A stretch of 64,000 nt of DNA from Cyanidioschyzon merolae (taxonomy: Eukaryota): NCBI GenBank assembly GCA_000091205.1, contig AP006499.2. One strand, 5' to 3'. The notes below the pieces were generated by a model. The model saw only the letters and a list, made by a program, of their open reading frames with translations, had not been told where the DNA came from and did no database searches. The position numbers and the translations under genes are program-made. This document shows, in pieces, positions 1 to 11,832 of the stretch (position 1 is its first letter; every line of letters starts with the position of its first letter).

Positions 1-518
1 TTAACTCGTTGGATTCATCAATCTTATCCGATGCAACGAGTCGAGCGCCCACGCAAGCGTCTGGGGTAGGCTAAACCCGCCACCGGATAGACTGCTGGAC
101 ATAGATGAAGCGCGCACTAGCGGCGGGACACCGTCCTGACCTTGATGGAAAGTTAGCGTCGCTGTTGACGAGCTGAGACTCCATCCAGAGTCACCCAGTC
201 TTTTCGTTGTGCAGCAGAACGGTTTCCATGGACCCCAGATACCCGATTGCGCGAGATGCGTACGGGCATGCAAACGGCACGCGATGCCGCAGCTGTGTAC
301 AGATTTGTGTATTTGTGTACAGCGTGATGTGGATGCGTGCACGCGTGCATCCATCTCGCGGAACAGTCGATCGAGGCGGGACGCATCCAATAGGGACAAT
401 CATTGACAAGTTGTTCACGATCCTGCTGGTGTACCCAATGCTGCAGGGGAGCAATTCGGGATCGAGTCGTGTACGTTGTGCCTCGAACCTGGCTACCTGA
501 CTGTGCACCTGTGCTGCT

Positions 519-2690
519 ATGGCCTCTGAGGAGGCCGTACTAGCTGGTAACTGTAGCAGCGAGCAGGATGCGTCGGGCACTGCAGTCGTTGCGTGCGCAG
601 AGTCGGCGGCATCATTCGACGAGCAGGCTGCAGCAGCGCAACAGAATCAACTGCTCACTGCCGCTGCAGCAACAGACGGCAGCAGTGCGCGCGATGAAAA
701 ACACAGCACGGAAACAGAGGAGGCTTTGAGGGCAAGCGTAGCGTCCGCGCCGTTCCAGCAGTGCTCCTCTGCTGGGGCGATGTTTCCCAGCGCCGCGGAC
801 GAGCTCGTGGAGCGAGCGCTGCACGATGATCGGTCGCTGGCAGCCTTGCTGAACGCGGACGGTCCGGTACGATGGCCGTCCTCCGAAGTGGTGCTCCATC
901 AGGTAGCATGCTCTCTCGAGCGGCGTTACCTGCTGCACCCCGGAACCATGTACATCTCAAAAAGGTACTTGTGCTTCCAGCTCACGTCAAGCGGCAGCTC
1001 ATCGTTTCTGGAGGCTGCAGGAGCCTCCGCTAGTAGCTTTCTCAGCTTTGGATATAGGTCCAGCCCAGCGGCAAACAGCGGTTCTGCTGCACTGGCCCAA
1101 GCGGAACGGCGCAGTGTCCCTGAAGCAGACGGAGACGCCGTCTGCTCCGCCAGGGACTGTGCCTCGAGCGTTGCTTCCCCGCGTTCTGCGAGCGGCAACG
1201 GTACCACGGTCTCGCCAGGAAGTTTGGCGCAGCAGAGGGCTAGCGATTCCGGGTCTACGACGCTCTGGCTGATTCCCTTCGAGGCAGTGACTTCCGTTCG
1301 CAAATCATCATACCTGTATCTGGAGAGCGCGTTGGAGGTTTCGACGACCTTTGGTCTCTGCAATCATACTCGACATGGCGGCGTGTTCTGGACGAAACCG
1401 CAAGAGGCTGTCTCAGGGATCAAACTACTCCGGTTTGCTGCCTTTTCTGAGCCGAACCGGGATGTCGTGTACCAGTACGTCATGAAGGCTTGGATGGCTC
1501 GACTGAGTCTGCTCGCGCTGGAGGGTCGACTCCCGCTCACGATGCAGACACCCAGCACACAGCACGCTCTGGACAACGCAGGGAAGCCCGCGACGCAACC
1601 GGGCTCTGAAAACAATATGTTTATCGCGGGCGTTTCGGAGGTGAAAAACGAACCTCGCACCACCAAGACGAATACAGCGGTTACCGGTGGCCTCGCGCTG
1701 TCAAATGCTGTGGCTTCTCAGGAGACGCTGAAAACGCCAGACACCAGCGCCAACGGGTCTGTTGTGGAGTCACTATCACGGGAGGACGGTGCTGCGGTTG
1801 CAGTTGAAACGCCCTACGACATCGACGCGGGACAAGTTGTGCTCGAGATACCAGCACACATCACCTCTGCCCAGACAGCTGACAAGGTCCCCGAGGCTTT
1901 GCTCTTTGAACTCTTTTTCGCCGATACCGCAACGCTGCCCAAGCAGTTGAATGAGGCCCTCGGACACACGGAGCTGCAGATGAGCACCTGGCAACTCATT
2001 GAGCCAGCCTCGGACGCAGCTGTGCATGCTGCGAGCGCTTTCCCATCACGCCATCGGACGATATCATATCAGGTGACGGTGCGGCGGGGTATCCTGAGCT
2101 TCACCGGTCACTGCACGGAGTCGCAATCGTTCCGCTTAACGCCCCCGGCATTGCGGGATGCCGGATACCCGTACGGAGCGCTCTACGAAATGTCCGTCAT
2201 CACTCGAGACATGCCCTCATCGGACACGTTTCTTGTCCGCCAGCGAATTTTTTTCGATATGCAGCAGATAGACAAGGTGTGGCGAGTACGCGTTCGCGCG
2301 GTTCTCGGTATCCAGTGGCTTGGACGCACCGTCTGGCGGCCTTTCATCGAGCGCAGTGTGGCGGCTCAGAGCCGCCACGCCTTTGAGCAGTACAGCAAGC
2401 TGATGGACGCAGAAATATCCAAGTTTCGGGCACGAGAAGGTGCAGCTCAAATTCAGCATCATCCGCATGCCTCCAAACCAGAACCAATCATCGCTGTGAT
2501 GTGGGTTGTGCTCGCGAGCAGGGTGCGATCGCTGGTGCAGCGCACTGCTCGGGCCGTGGAACAGGCCCTGGTACGACTACCACCACCGCTGCTCGCTCGT
2601 CTGTTTCTTACGCAAACGGTTCTCTTAATGCTTTGCTCAGGTTTATGCGGGTATCTGTTGGGGCAGCTGAGTTCGCGCAGCTTGCCATAG
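519..2690 (+). CDS. GRAM + VASt domain lipid-transfer protein (Lam/Aster-like), with a C-terminal transmembrane segment
   Basis: There is a GRAM-like segment (EVVLHQVACSLERRYLLHPGTMYISKRYLCFQ) and a C-terminal VASt-like block (ISYQVTVRRGILSFTGHCTESQSFRL ... FDMQQIDKVWRVRVRAVLGIQWLGRTVWRPFIERS), followed by hydrophobic helices (IIAVMWVVLASRV..., LFLTQTVLLMLCSGLCGYLLG). The N-terminus is low-complexity. Confidence 0.45.
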   Translation: MASEEAVLAGNCSSEQDASGTAVVACAESAASFDEQAAAAQQNQLLTAAAATDGSSARDEKHSTETEEALRASVASAPFQQCSSAGAMFPSAADELVERALHDDRSLAALLNADGPVRWPSSEVVLHQVACSLERRYLLHPGTMYISKRYLCFQLTSSGSSSFLEAAGASASSFLSFGYRSSPAANSGSAALAQAERRSVPEADGDAVCSARDCASSVASPRSASGNGTTVSPGSLAQQRASDSGSTTLWLIPFEAVTSVRKSSYLYLESALEVSTTFGLCNHTRHGGVFWTKPQEAVSGIKLLRFAAFSEPNRDVVYQYVMKAWMARLSLLALEGRLPLTMQTPSTQHALDNAGKPATQPGSENNMFIAGVSEVKNEPRTTKTNTAVTGGLALSNAVASQETLKTPDTSANGSVVESLSREDGAAVAVETPYDIDAGQVVLEIPAHITSAQTADKVPEALLFELFFADTATLPKQLNEALGHTELQMSTWQLIEPASDAAVHAASAFPSRHRTISYQVTVRRGILSFTGHCTESQSFRLTPPALRDAGYPYGALYEMSVITRDMPSSDTFLVRQRIFFDMQQIDKVWRVRVRAVLGIQWLGRTVWRPFIERSVAAQSRHAFEQYSKLMDAEISKFRAREGAAQIQHHPHASKPEPIIAVMWVVLASRVRSLVQRTARAVEQALVRLPPPLLARLFLTQTVLLMLCSGLCGYLLGQLSSRSLP

Positions 2691-3546
2691 GGCTTGCAAG
2701 CGCAAAAGATTTGGTGTACAGCGCTCCCGCTCTGGAGCTCGCCATGCAATGAACAACGAGTCTGTGAAAGGCCACAGATTGTTTCAGTGTCAGAGCGTGA
2801 TCGCTTCCGGGTTGCACGGTCACGATGACCAGCATTGACGCTGAGGTTTTGGCTGGCGCACCGCCCCTGGGAGCTTGCTTCCCTGGGAAACCGGGCATAT
2901 GCCATGGTAGCGCCGTGCACCATGCATGCTGGTGCGACTGTGTAGCGCGCGCGTGCGCGATCACGACAAGTACGCACATCAGAGCGACGACAAACGCCAC
3001 CAGGTTCGAAGCTGTGCTGCGAATGACTATCTGCGATTCGAGTCGGGATCAGTCTAACATCTGAGAATGATCACATTGAGCATGATTCGGCAAACCGTGT
3101 GTTGCTGTGTACTGCTTTGCGATGTTATGCGCCGTATGATTCCTTCATGGTACATGATCGACGAGTCAACGCAATCACGCACCAGATTCGTGAACACCGC
3201 CAGGAACCAGGCACCGATCGCAGCGCCTCCGCACACGCTACCACGCACACGTTGACCCAGTGCAGGATGCCGTTTGTGAATACTCCACAAGATCGATCCA
3301 GCGACGTTCAAGATGTTGTTCGGAGACCAGGCGGTTTGGCCTCGACCTTTCGCACTGCCGCTCGAGGCGCTGGCAGGCACGCAGGCACGCGTGCACCACT
3401 GCAACACGGAAATATCCACGCGAAGCCGGTTCAATGCATCGATCGAACACTGGGCAAAGAAACTCGCTGATACCCATCCATCACGACGTTCGACGCTGCA
3501 TCCATCGTGGGCGCGCTTGCACAGAATCCGTCCCATTCGGATCGCT

Positions 3547-4821
3547 TCATACGAGAACATCTGCACCCGGAGGAAGAGGCGCTCCCCGATTCCCCGACGA
3601 CACGGTATGTGTACACTCGTGCGCAGCATCAGCCGTAACGTCTTGCCGTACCGGGTAGCCGTCTGCGTAGTAGACGCGCTCGAGGCATAGTCCGTGCGCC
3701 GGAGCAGGTTTCACCCGGGGCGCAATGAGCGCACGCCCTCGACTGCCTTGCTGCAGCGCATCGACAACAAGCGCATCATCTAACTCGCCTCGAGCGACTG
3801 CGAGAAATGTTCCCATGATGTTCCGAATCATCCTGTAAAGCGCACCATCGAGCTCGAACTCGAATTTCCACACAGGTACAATACTATCTACGGGGGATGG
3901 CTCGACCGAGATTCGTCGGATCGTTCGTACCGTTGAACGCTGGATCTGGTGGCGATCGGCCTTTCCCGGTGGGCTGCTTGCGAACGCTCCAAAATCATGT
4001 GTTCCTACGAATGTCTGCAACATCTGTTGCGCTACCGCCCAGTGCTGCATCTGGCGGTAATCTGTGTACGCGTAACGATGGTAGAGCGGGTCGATCCATG
4101 CACCAGCAGAAAGGCGATAAACGTAGCGTTTGCCTTGTGCTCGGTAGATTGCATGCCAGGGCAGCAGCTGGTACGTTCGTGTCGAGGGTACAAGATACCA
4201 GGCCGGCGGCGGTGAGACCTCCATCGCTCGTACCTGAATCGTTCGGGGAAGGAGTCGATTCAGGGCATGCTCCAGTCGAGATGGCTCAAATGCGGATGTA
4301 GCGGCCTTCTGCTCGGGAATATCAAAGTGTATGACTTGGCCTCGAGCATGAACACCAGCGTCGGTGCGTCCAGCACCGACTACCTGGCAGTGCCAGGGAT
4401 AACCTCCGAGACGTTGTTGCAGGGCCGCTTCGAGTCGGCCCTGGATCGTTGGTGTCGCTCGTGACTTTGCCTGTCGCTGAAAGCCGTGAAAGTCGGTGCC
4501 ATCGTAGGCGACTACAGCTCGATAGCGCACGAGGTTCTCTGTCGATGGTGCGCTACCCGCGTTGCGAGTAGGCTGCTCACCGGCGAGGCACGCAACCGGC
4601 GACAAGTGACTGCCTCCGGGCAGCCAGCAACGGCGCTCTCGAAGGCATCGCCAGAATTGGCCTAGCCTCGACGCGTGCACGACAAGAAGCAAGCGCTTCT
4701 TTTGCAACTGCGGTCGAGTGACACTCGTAACCCAAGCAGGACGTTTTTTGAGGTCGCCCAGTGCTGCTGGGAAACGCACCTGCTTTGAATCACTAGAGGC
4801 ACTGTGAAACTGGAGTTTCAT
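3547..4821 (-). CDS. tRNA pseudouridine synthase, TruA/Pus family, probably organelle-targeted given a ~100-aa N-terminal extension
   Basis: TruA hallmark motifs RYRAVVAYDGTDFHGFQRQ and GTHDFGAFAS are present, with the catalytic Asp context. The ORF is 424 aa and the conserved core starts near residue 100. Confidence 0.8.
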   Translation of the reverse strand: MKLQFHSASSDSKQVRFPAALGDLKKRPAWVTSVTRPQLQKKRLLLVVHASRLGQFWRCLRERRCWLPGGSHLSPVACLAGEQPTRNAGSAPSTENLVRYRAVVAYDGTDFHGFQRQAKSRATPTIQGRLEAALQQRLGGYPWHCQVVGAGRTDAGVHARGQVIHFDIPEQKAATSAFEPSRLEHALNRLLPRTIQVRAMEVSPPPAWYLVPSTRTYQLLPWHAIYRAQGKRYVYRLSAGAWIDPLYHRYAYTDYRQMQHWAVAQQMLQTFVGTHDFGAFASSPPGKADRHQIQRSTVRTIRRISVEPSPVDSIVPVWKFEFELDGALYRMIRNIMGTFLAVARGELDDALVVDALQQGSRGRALIAPRVKPAPAHGLCLERVYYADGYPVRQDVTADAAHECTHTVSSGNRGAPLPPGADVLV

Positions 4822-4831
4822 ATATACATGA

Positions 4832-5140
4832 TCAGTGAAACAAAAAACGTTCTACGACTTTTGAGGGTAAAACTATATCAACGCGCAGAAGCTTCCCAGT
4901 TTGTTTTTCGTACCGGCCGACTGCTATAGGCTTCAGCTCCTCCTGGTAAATCTCGAGAATCAGGGGCTGCCCCACGAGCTCTGATCGCCTAACCTCCTCG
5001 GGTCTTGTCTTCAGCGTCGCCCATGTCCTGATATATGAATGGCGGCGTTCAGGTTTTGTATTCACGAACTCCATGCGTTTGCGGACCCTGGTTGAACGCA
5101 CGAATACACGGAGTCCTCGAACTCGTGCCGCCTGTGCCAC
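4832..5140 (-). CDS. Small 102-aa ORF ending 10 nt upstream of the pseudouridine synthase start codon, on the same strand in a different frame; hypothetical or uORF-like
   Basis: Support is the ORF alone. There is a weak, unconvincing resemblance to the SRP14/Alu-domain region (LLRVDIVLPSKVVERF). GC is about 50%. Confidence 0.15.
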   Translation of the reverse strand: MAQAARVRGLRVFVRSTRVRKRMEFVNTKPERRHSYIRTWATLKTRPEEVRRSELVGQPLILEIYQEELKPIAVGRYEKQTGKLLRVDIVLPSKVVERFLFH

Positions 5141-6960
5141 TAAAGTCTCGACATACTCCCGTCGAGTAAACGCCTTTTCTCACCCATGTCCGTTCCTGTT
5201 CTTCTTATTGGTCAAATGGTCTGCTTCGCTCGGTGGTCGGCGAGGAGGAGGATTTTTCCTTTTTCAAGCATCCGGGGATGACAGGCCGTCAGGATCCGTG
5301 ACCTCCGTGTCCATAACTTTCCCCTGGATTTTTATTTCCTCAAAACGAACGCATCCCTTTATGCCGTTCGATGAGGACCTTCCCGGAGGCAGAAGGACTT
5401 GCGGAATAAAGACGACCGGTGCCGCTGGTTTCACCGTGGGCTGTACGCCTCAGCGATTCGCTCCGTCGACCGATCATTACACTTCACGATGGAAAACACG
5501 CCTGCGACGGGGATGGACCACGGAGTGTACCCAGGAATGAAAAGCAGCTCTACTCTCGATAGAATCCACAAAAGTTCGAATGCAATGGGAAAAGTCTCCA
5601 ACGATTAGGGAACGGCGTGCTGTTGTATGAGTCTTCTCTACGAGCGAAACTGAGGCCGCCAAATGAATCCACTGCAAATAGAACAGATGAAGAGGTCATT
5701 GGCCTCTTGGATTTCGATCCTACATAGAAAGGACTCCATCTCCACGAATACCCATGAACGCTCCCATCGCCGCGTCCGCAGAAAGCCTCATCGACAGAAA
5801 AACAAACCCCAGTCCCTGTGCTTCATATCGATGGTAACTTACCAGGAACATTGCTGTAGTTACGATTTCGGTCGAAGATGGCCGCGCTTGAACTAGGACT
5901 TTTGCGACTATATCCCAGTGTTTTCGAGACTACACGAAAAAGCTGGTGAGAAATAGAGACGCCCGTTGCGGCTGATATCGTCGGTTTCACCTACCCCAAA
6001 GTGAACAACGGGTCGCCTTCGACCATCTTTCGCAAGCAGTCTATGAATGTACCTGTTTTGGCGCGGAACGCATATACTTGGTCCTTTCAGTGTTCCTCAT
6101 CCAGCCGAGTCCATTGGTATGACTGATCTGAGGGAGGAATGCAGTCCTCATTGAACTGTTCACTAGAGCATATATCTAGACGCAATGCGTCTACGATCTA
6201 TCGAGTACATCGCATAGCGATTTCGATCTCGTGCTATACACCGCAGCAGGGATGAAACAGTACTGCGTTGGAAGGCTATAAGAAGTGATGCTCCGTAGCG
6301 TTAAGCGAAACCGCGGCGCCTCGACCTGGCGCGCGTCATTCGCATCACCTGCCTTTTAGAGAATAAGCTATCGATGAAGCCTCGCTTTGACAGAAATGGG
6401 GCGCGCTGTGGTGTGTTCGACACCCACATTGCGCTTCTTGACAAACGTCCCAAACGAAGACCATTTGCGTTGACGCCGTACCGACGACGCGAAGCGCCCA
6501 GCCAGCGGATCCGTCCTAGGCCTCGCTGGAGGGCGGCGCCTCCTTTGAAACGGCTCCGACCAGCTACGGCTGCAACAGCCGTGCACGTTCAGGAGCGCCC
6601 GTGCAACGCGTCGTCAAGTCGCCGGCGTCGAATGCGTGTTCGCTCCGACGGCTGCCTGGAAGCTACTTGGGCACGCCACTCTACTCAGTAAAGTGACGCA
6701 CTTCAGTCAATGTCATCCGGTGCATACGCGTTTACCAATAGTTCATGGTGAGAGGCGCAGCACGTCTGCATGTTCGGTCGACGATATCGCAACCGCAAGC
6801 ACACGCGATCCCGCGCAGAAAAGCCTTCCCTGTCCCTCTGCATCGGAACGAAATATCCGCGCAGAAATGTCTTCTCGCATGGTGAAGCGCTTCGCTCCCG
6901 AACGCAGTGCGTCAACTGCAGGAATTGCTTCCCGCCAAGTGCGCACGCGCGTGATACGAT

Positions 6961-6990
6961 ACCATCATCATCATCATCATCATCATCATC
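6961..6990. repeat. (CAT)n trinucleotide microsatellite, about 9-10 units
   Basis: A perfect catcatcat... run lies immediately 3' of the ALG7 stop. It creates a spurious His10 tract in the overlapping ORF 6636..7139. Confidence 0.9.
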
Positions 6991-6999
6991 CGTACTCGC

Positions 7000-8325
7000 C
7001 TAGGCGAACCACGCCACACTGCGTAGGACGTACATGCGTAATCCGTAGGCTAACGCGCAACACAGTGCCTGCAAGATCATCAAAACAAGGCAGAGCTGTC
7101 GCTCCGTCATTGGGCCGCAGAGCAGGAGGACCAGGTTGAGCAGGTTCATGTGGCTCGGAACGCCCTCAAGCTTGCGAGTCTTCGGATTCAGCCGCGGCAG
7201 TCGATGGCGCGGACACCGGATGATCCCCAGTAATTGCGGTAAGCTGTACAGGAAATTGAACACCTGCGGAACGAAGAAGAGGAGGAGCGTCTCGCTGTAG
7301 TGTCCCAAGATCGCAGCCATGGCCAAACACATACCTGCAAAGTAGCAGTAGGTATCGCCGACGAATACTGCCGAAGGATACCAGTTGTGAACAAAGAGCG
7401 CGGCGCTGGTCGCCAGGAATGGCACGATCAAGTCCAAGGAAAACAGATGGTTCGCTCGTAGACGTTCGGGGTCTGCAACTGGCAAGGCGAACCAGCCTCG
7501 CAAATGCGCTGCATTATGTAACGCAACAGCACAGCCGATGACGATGGCTTGACCAACTTCCAAACCATTGATTCCCGCGTGAATGTTAATGGCATTTGAG
7601 CAGAACACCGCCAGCAGGAGCATGTAGAGTTTGTATATCCAACCGAGATCGACCAGTCGCGGTACAACAACGGGTAGTTTCCAGAGCTTGGCCCATTCTT
7701 TGCCGTATGAAAACGAGGCCACTTTGGTGAGCAGCCAACCGAACCACTGTCGAACCGGCTGCGGTACGATGACCGTTGTGGAGCCGGTGTAGGCTGCCAA
7801 CAACGGCAGAGCCGCCACGCTCGGTAGAATCATCTTATCGCGCCAACGCAGATCAAGCACATCATCCGCGAACCCAAGCAGAATCATAAATGTTACGGAG
7901 GCGAGGGCGGCGTTGTAGAAAGGGGTCGCCTCTGGACCCCGGAACAAGTGGAAGAAGCACAGCCCGCAGAGGTATACGGCAGCCGCTACAAGGCCCAGCG
8001 CTTCTGGCACCAAGGGCTGCTCTTGCGTCGCATCAGCGCCCTCTTGCTTCGTCGGCGGCTTGTTCAAGTCACGCCCATAGAGTCCTGCTTTGATGAAAAG
8101 CGGTGAGAAACGCGGGATCAGAACGAGCGTCGCGAGGAACACACCGGCGGAGCTCCACCAGTTGAGCGCTATGTGCGCACGTGCCTCTGCATCCAGCTGT
8201 ACGTAAACAGCTCCAAGTGCCGCCAAGATGAGCGCGAGCGCGTAACGAGCGTTCCATATGCGTGCTCGTAGGCAACGAGGATGCTTGATCGTACTTGACA
8301 TTGTTGCACCGCTGACGCAGCACAA
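7000..8325 (-). CDS. ALG7: UDP-GlcNAc:dolichyl-phosphate GlcNAc-1-phosphate transferase (GPT)
   Basis: It is a multi-pass membrane protein with the conserved VFVGDTYCYFAGM and NAINIHAGINGLEVGQ motifs of the MraY/WecA/GPT family. The length is 441 aa. Confidence 0.85.
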   Translation of the reverse strand: MCCVSGATMSSTIKHPRCLRARIWNARYALALILAALGAVYVQLDAEARAHIALNWWSSAGVFLATLVLIPRFSPLFIKAGLYGRDLNKPPTKQEGADATQEQPLVPEALGLVAAAVYLCGLCFFHLFRGPEATPFYNAALASVTFMILLGFADDVLDLRWRDKMILPSVAALPLLAAYTGSTTVIVPQPVRQWFGWLLTKVASFSYGKEWAKLWKLPVVVPRLVDLGWIYKLYMLLLAVFCSNAINIHAGINGLEVGQAIVIGCAVALHNAAHLRGWFALPVADPERLRANHLFSLDLIVPFLATSAALFVHNWYPSAVFVGDTYCYFAGMCLAMAAILGHYSETLLLFFVPQVFNFLYSLPQLLGIIRCPRHRLPRLNPKTRKLEGVPSHMNLLNLVLLLCGPMTERQLCLVLMILQALCCALAYGLRMYVLRSVAWFA

Positions 8326-10320
8326 AACGCACGAGTCGCGTGCGTTCGAACACGTTGCGAAAGGATGGCGCTGTCGTAGCCGCTGTGGCGGTTATGCGCT
8401 TCTTCCTCAGAGAGATGCCGCGGCCTCGATTTTTTTTTCATTGACAAAACGTTTACGTAGGCCAGCGTTCTCCGATTATGCGCATTTTTCTTTTCTTACT
8501 TTTTTTTTGTGTCCGCGGCCTCGATGCTGCGGTACCTCGCAGCGGGGGTCGGCGGGGAACCGTGGCGCCCTTAGGCTTCGCGGCAACGCAGATGCAGGTC
8601 GGTCCGGGAACGGACACCCAAATGCCGAAGCGCCCTTGCCTCCATGACAGGGGCATATATGCAAGCGTTAATGTTTGTTGCCTGATGATAGCCAGCACAC
8701 CTGGTTTCGGGAGCTTCTGAGTCGAGTTCATTGATCCTCCAGGGATGAGCGTTCCTCGTTCGCCGCGTCGGGCGGGATCTTCGTGAATGTCGTCGAGGAA
8801 GGCGACATCTCCGCACTCCGCGAAAGCGTCCCGGATAGGCGCGTCCTTCTCGTTGAAGGAAGGACGGACAGGAGGTCAGGCGAATACAACGATGCCTGAA
8901 GTGGAAGGGCATGCCCTTCGTCGGTCCTCGGTCGCAGCAGGGCATTCGCGGGATTCGGCGTCAGCGCCATGGAACTTGCACAGAGACAACAAGATGCGCC
9001 GTTGAACGCGCTGAACCCGCATTCGATGAAGATGGAACACTGTACTGCTCGGTATGCGCCTGCCTTGGGATTTTTCTGGACTTTTTTTTTAAATTGTGGA
9101 TTCTCGACACTCGACGTGCAGTGATAAGGGCTTAAGGATTCGTTCGTAGTTTTAGTTTTCTCGACTTGATCTCCATCCTGGAATTTCGTTCCAATTCCTG
9201 CCTCATCATGGACAACACTCCGATGCACAAATCCGCTAGCGAGTAGAACAGCGTCTGCTTCTATGTGCAGCGGACAGGGTGCTCGCTTCGGGATTGTCGG
9301 GACGAAGCTCTTGATCGTTGTGTACGACAACTGGCGCTGCAAAACGAAGGCGAGCATCAAGTGTATCCCTGTGTACCCGTCACGCGCATGTGGCGAGCGA
9401 AGAAGCAAGCATTCACCCGCCACAGGGCGGCGCTCGGAGGACACATTGTGGTGGATCTATGGAAAAATTGGCCCCAGTCCATCATCATCTGGGCGAAATT
9501 CGCACCAAACTTGTTCAACAAAGAATCTGAAAATGGCAAACAGGCTTTAGATCCAACCACCTGCTGGGCAGGATATGCGTCGACAAGAGCCCGCAGCAGA
9601 AAGTCAGGATATTGATGCTCTCCTTCGTATGATTTTTCGTGTGCTGGCAACGGAGCTCGAGTGAAGACACACCCTGTCGAATTTGAATCCGGAGATATGC
9701 GAGACAGGGATAGGAATCAGTCGCAGAACAAGCCCGCAAAAACTGACCCTTCTGGGGACGCGTAGAGACCCGGACGCTGGTGCGTACGCCCGAGTCGCTC
9801 GGTACGTACACCTGCTCCATTGTAAGCGAACATGTATATAAAGATATCAATAGGCACCTAATGCAATAAAACTAGACACATATGGGCACAGGATGTGTGC
9901 GTTTTCGCTGCGTGCCGCACGCCGCGCACCCCCCGCGAAATCGAAACGCTTGCGTCGGCAAGCCGCAGGAGCGCGCGCGCGCTCGTAGCCCCGCAGCCGT
10001 TTCGATCTGGAGCGCGCAGGGTACCCGGCCCCGACGCCGATGATGCGATGGGGTGACGGCCCTGGCGTTGCGTCCGCTGCAGCGGGTCGCTCGTCAGCGG
10101 GAGGCGTTGCAAACGGAACGTCCTGCGCTGGGCGGCAGCGATGCGCAGCGGCGCACTCCACAACGGCACCAGCAGCAGCACCAGCAGCAGAGCTGTTCTC
10201 GATATCGGAGCATTCGTCGACCGCGGCAGCTGCTGAAGAGGCCGCGATACGCACAGCAGCCGCCCGTGCCTGCTACCAGGGGTCGCGTTCGGCTCTGCTG
10301 TATCAGGCGTCGACGTTCCG

Positions 10321-11832
10321 TTGTTGGGCGAGGTGTGTTGTCGCTGTGGGTGCACCAAACGGACCGAATCGGTCGTTGATTTCATAACATACGAACTGCG
10401 TGCAAGCACAAGTTCTTGCTCATCGATCGTTAGAAGGTGTCCGAGCTCAGTACACAACGTTGTTCGCAGTATGCAGGCGACACCAGGCCTTGCGGTGCAA
10501 GCTGGTACGACGCCTGAGGTACGCAAATGGAAAGCTGACAACTCGCGGCAGCTTTACTCAGACGCAAAGGCATCACCCGAGAAACTGCTTGAAAGAGCGT
10601 GGCTGCGGCTTGGCCGGCGCGATGCAGACGCCTTGCGAGAAACGTCAACGCGAGCTACTGCCAATGCATCAGCGTCAGCGGCAGAGTTGGCTACCAGGGC
10701 ACCGTTATCGCCAGTGCTGTCTCGGGTAGATAGCAAGGACGCCAAGCTCCACTATACGCTGCAGCGCAGCACGTCCAAGGCTGTCATCTATGCTTCCGAG
10801 GATCCTCATCGGAACAGCAAGAACAAGGCTATCTCCAAGAGACAACTCGTCACTGAATGGACTCCCGACAAACGCATAGCCATGCAGGTGCCGGATGAAC
10901 GCCCGCGGGGCACTGTAACGGCAGCAACTGGCCCGGTGTCGACGGCGGTCCTGCGAACGCCAACCGCCTCTACCCCGGAACGACGACCCTGGACGCTGGG
11001 CGACTTTGAGATCGGAAGGCCACTGGGGCGCGGCAAATTCGGTAATGTTTACCTTGCACGGGAAAAAAGGACGCGCTACATTGTGGCACTCAAGGTCCTG
11101 TTCAAGGCTCAGTTGCAGAAAGCCGGTGTCGAGCACCAACTGCGTCGCGAGATTGAGATCCAGTCGCATCTACGGCATCCGAATATTCTTCGCCTTTTCG
11201 GGTATTTCCACGACGATACGCGCGTCTTCCTAATCCTGGAATACGCCGGGCGAGGTGAGCTGTACCGCGAACTCCAGAGATGTGGCCGTTTCAGCGAGCG
11301 CCGCACGGCGACCTATATCGCGCAACTCGCACACGCACTGGAGTACTGTCACCGCAAGCACGTTATCCACCGAGATATCAAACCGGAAAACTTGCTCCTA
11401 GGCATCTTCGGAGAGTTGAAGATTGCCGATTTTGGTTGGAGCGTGCACGCACCGCAGTCTCGTCGGAATACACTGTGCGGCACCCTAGATTATTTACCGC
11501 CGGAAATGGTTGAGGGCGCGCCACATGATGCGCGCGTCGATATCTGGAGTTTGGGCGTGCTCACCTACGAGTTCCTGGTGGGAAATCCGCCTTTCGAAGC
11601 GCAGAGTCACGAAGAGACGTACCGACGCATTGCACGAGTGGATCTGCGCTTCCCGCCGAGCGTCTCTGCGGGGGCGCGAGACCTCATCCGGAAGCTGCTG
11701 GTGCGCGACCCGGCCGAGCGTCTGCCACTCGATGCTCTGCTGAAGCACCCGTGGATTCAGGCCAATGCTGAGTTCGTGCCACGAATCGGTGAGTTGTCTT
11801 TACCGCCGCGAATGCACGCTGCGGAACAATAG
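10321..11832 (+). CDS. Aurora-family Ser/Thr protein kinase with a ~250-aa non-conserved N-terminal extension
   Basis: The kinase domain is [28 protein letters not shown] ... [11 protein letters not shown] ... DFGWSVHAP ... [13 protein letters not shown] ... [21 protein letters not shown]. The [12 protein letters not shown] and DFGWS signatures are typical of Aurora kinases. Confidence 0.85.
   Translation: MLGEVCCRCGCTKRTESVVDFITYELRASTSSCSSIVRRCPSSVHNVVRSMQATPGLAVQAGTTPEVRKWKADNSRQLYSDAKASPEKLLERAWLRLGRRDADALRETSTRATANASASAAELATRAPLSPVLSRVDSKDAKLHYTLQRSTSKAVIYASEDPHRNSKNKAISKRQLVTEWTPDKRIAMQVPDERPRGTVTAATGPVSTAVLRTPTASTPERRPWTLGDFEIGRPLGRGKFGNVYLAREKRTRYIVALKVLFKAQLQKAGVEHQLRREIEIQSHLRHPNILRLFGYFHDDTRVFLILEYAGRGELYRELQRCGRFSERRTATYIAQLAHALEYCHRKHVIHRDIKPENLLLGIFGELKIADFGWSVHAPQSRRNTLCGTLDYLPPEMVEGAPHDARVDIWSLGVLTYEFLVGNPPFEAQSHEETYRRIARVDLRFPPSVSAGARDLIRKLLVRDPAERLPLDALLKHPWIQANAEFVPRIGELSLPPRMHAAEQ

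Noticed and set aside
612-2977. Antisense and alternative-frame ORFs inside real genes (for example 612..938, 926..1363, 2459..2977, 2608..3000)
   Set aside because: They lie opposite or overlapping strongly supported coding regions. Long stop-free antisense frames are expected at about 60% GC.
4832-5140. Assignment of the small ORF as SRP14 or a ribosomal protein
   Set aside because: Only a short stretch (LLRVDIVLPSKVVERF) loosely resembles SRP14, and there are no convincing conserved motifs. It was kept only as a low-confidence ORF.
6636-7139. 167-aa ORF containing a His10 tract
   Set aside because: The His run is the (CAT)n microsatellite read in one frame. The ORF overlaps the 3' end of ALG7 on the opposite strand and has no other support.
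9357-9650. 97-aa minus-strand ORF with a faint ATG8/GABARAP-like pattern (EKSYEGE...YPD...KACLPFSDSLLNKF)
   Set aside because: The strongly conserved ATG8 core (YPDRVPVIVEK, FFxVNN) is absent. The similarity is patchy and lies in a GC-rich region full of chance ORFs.
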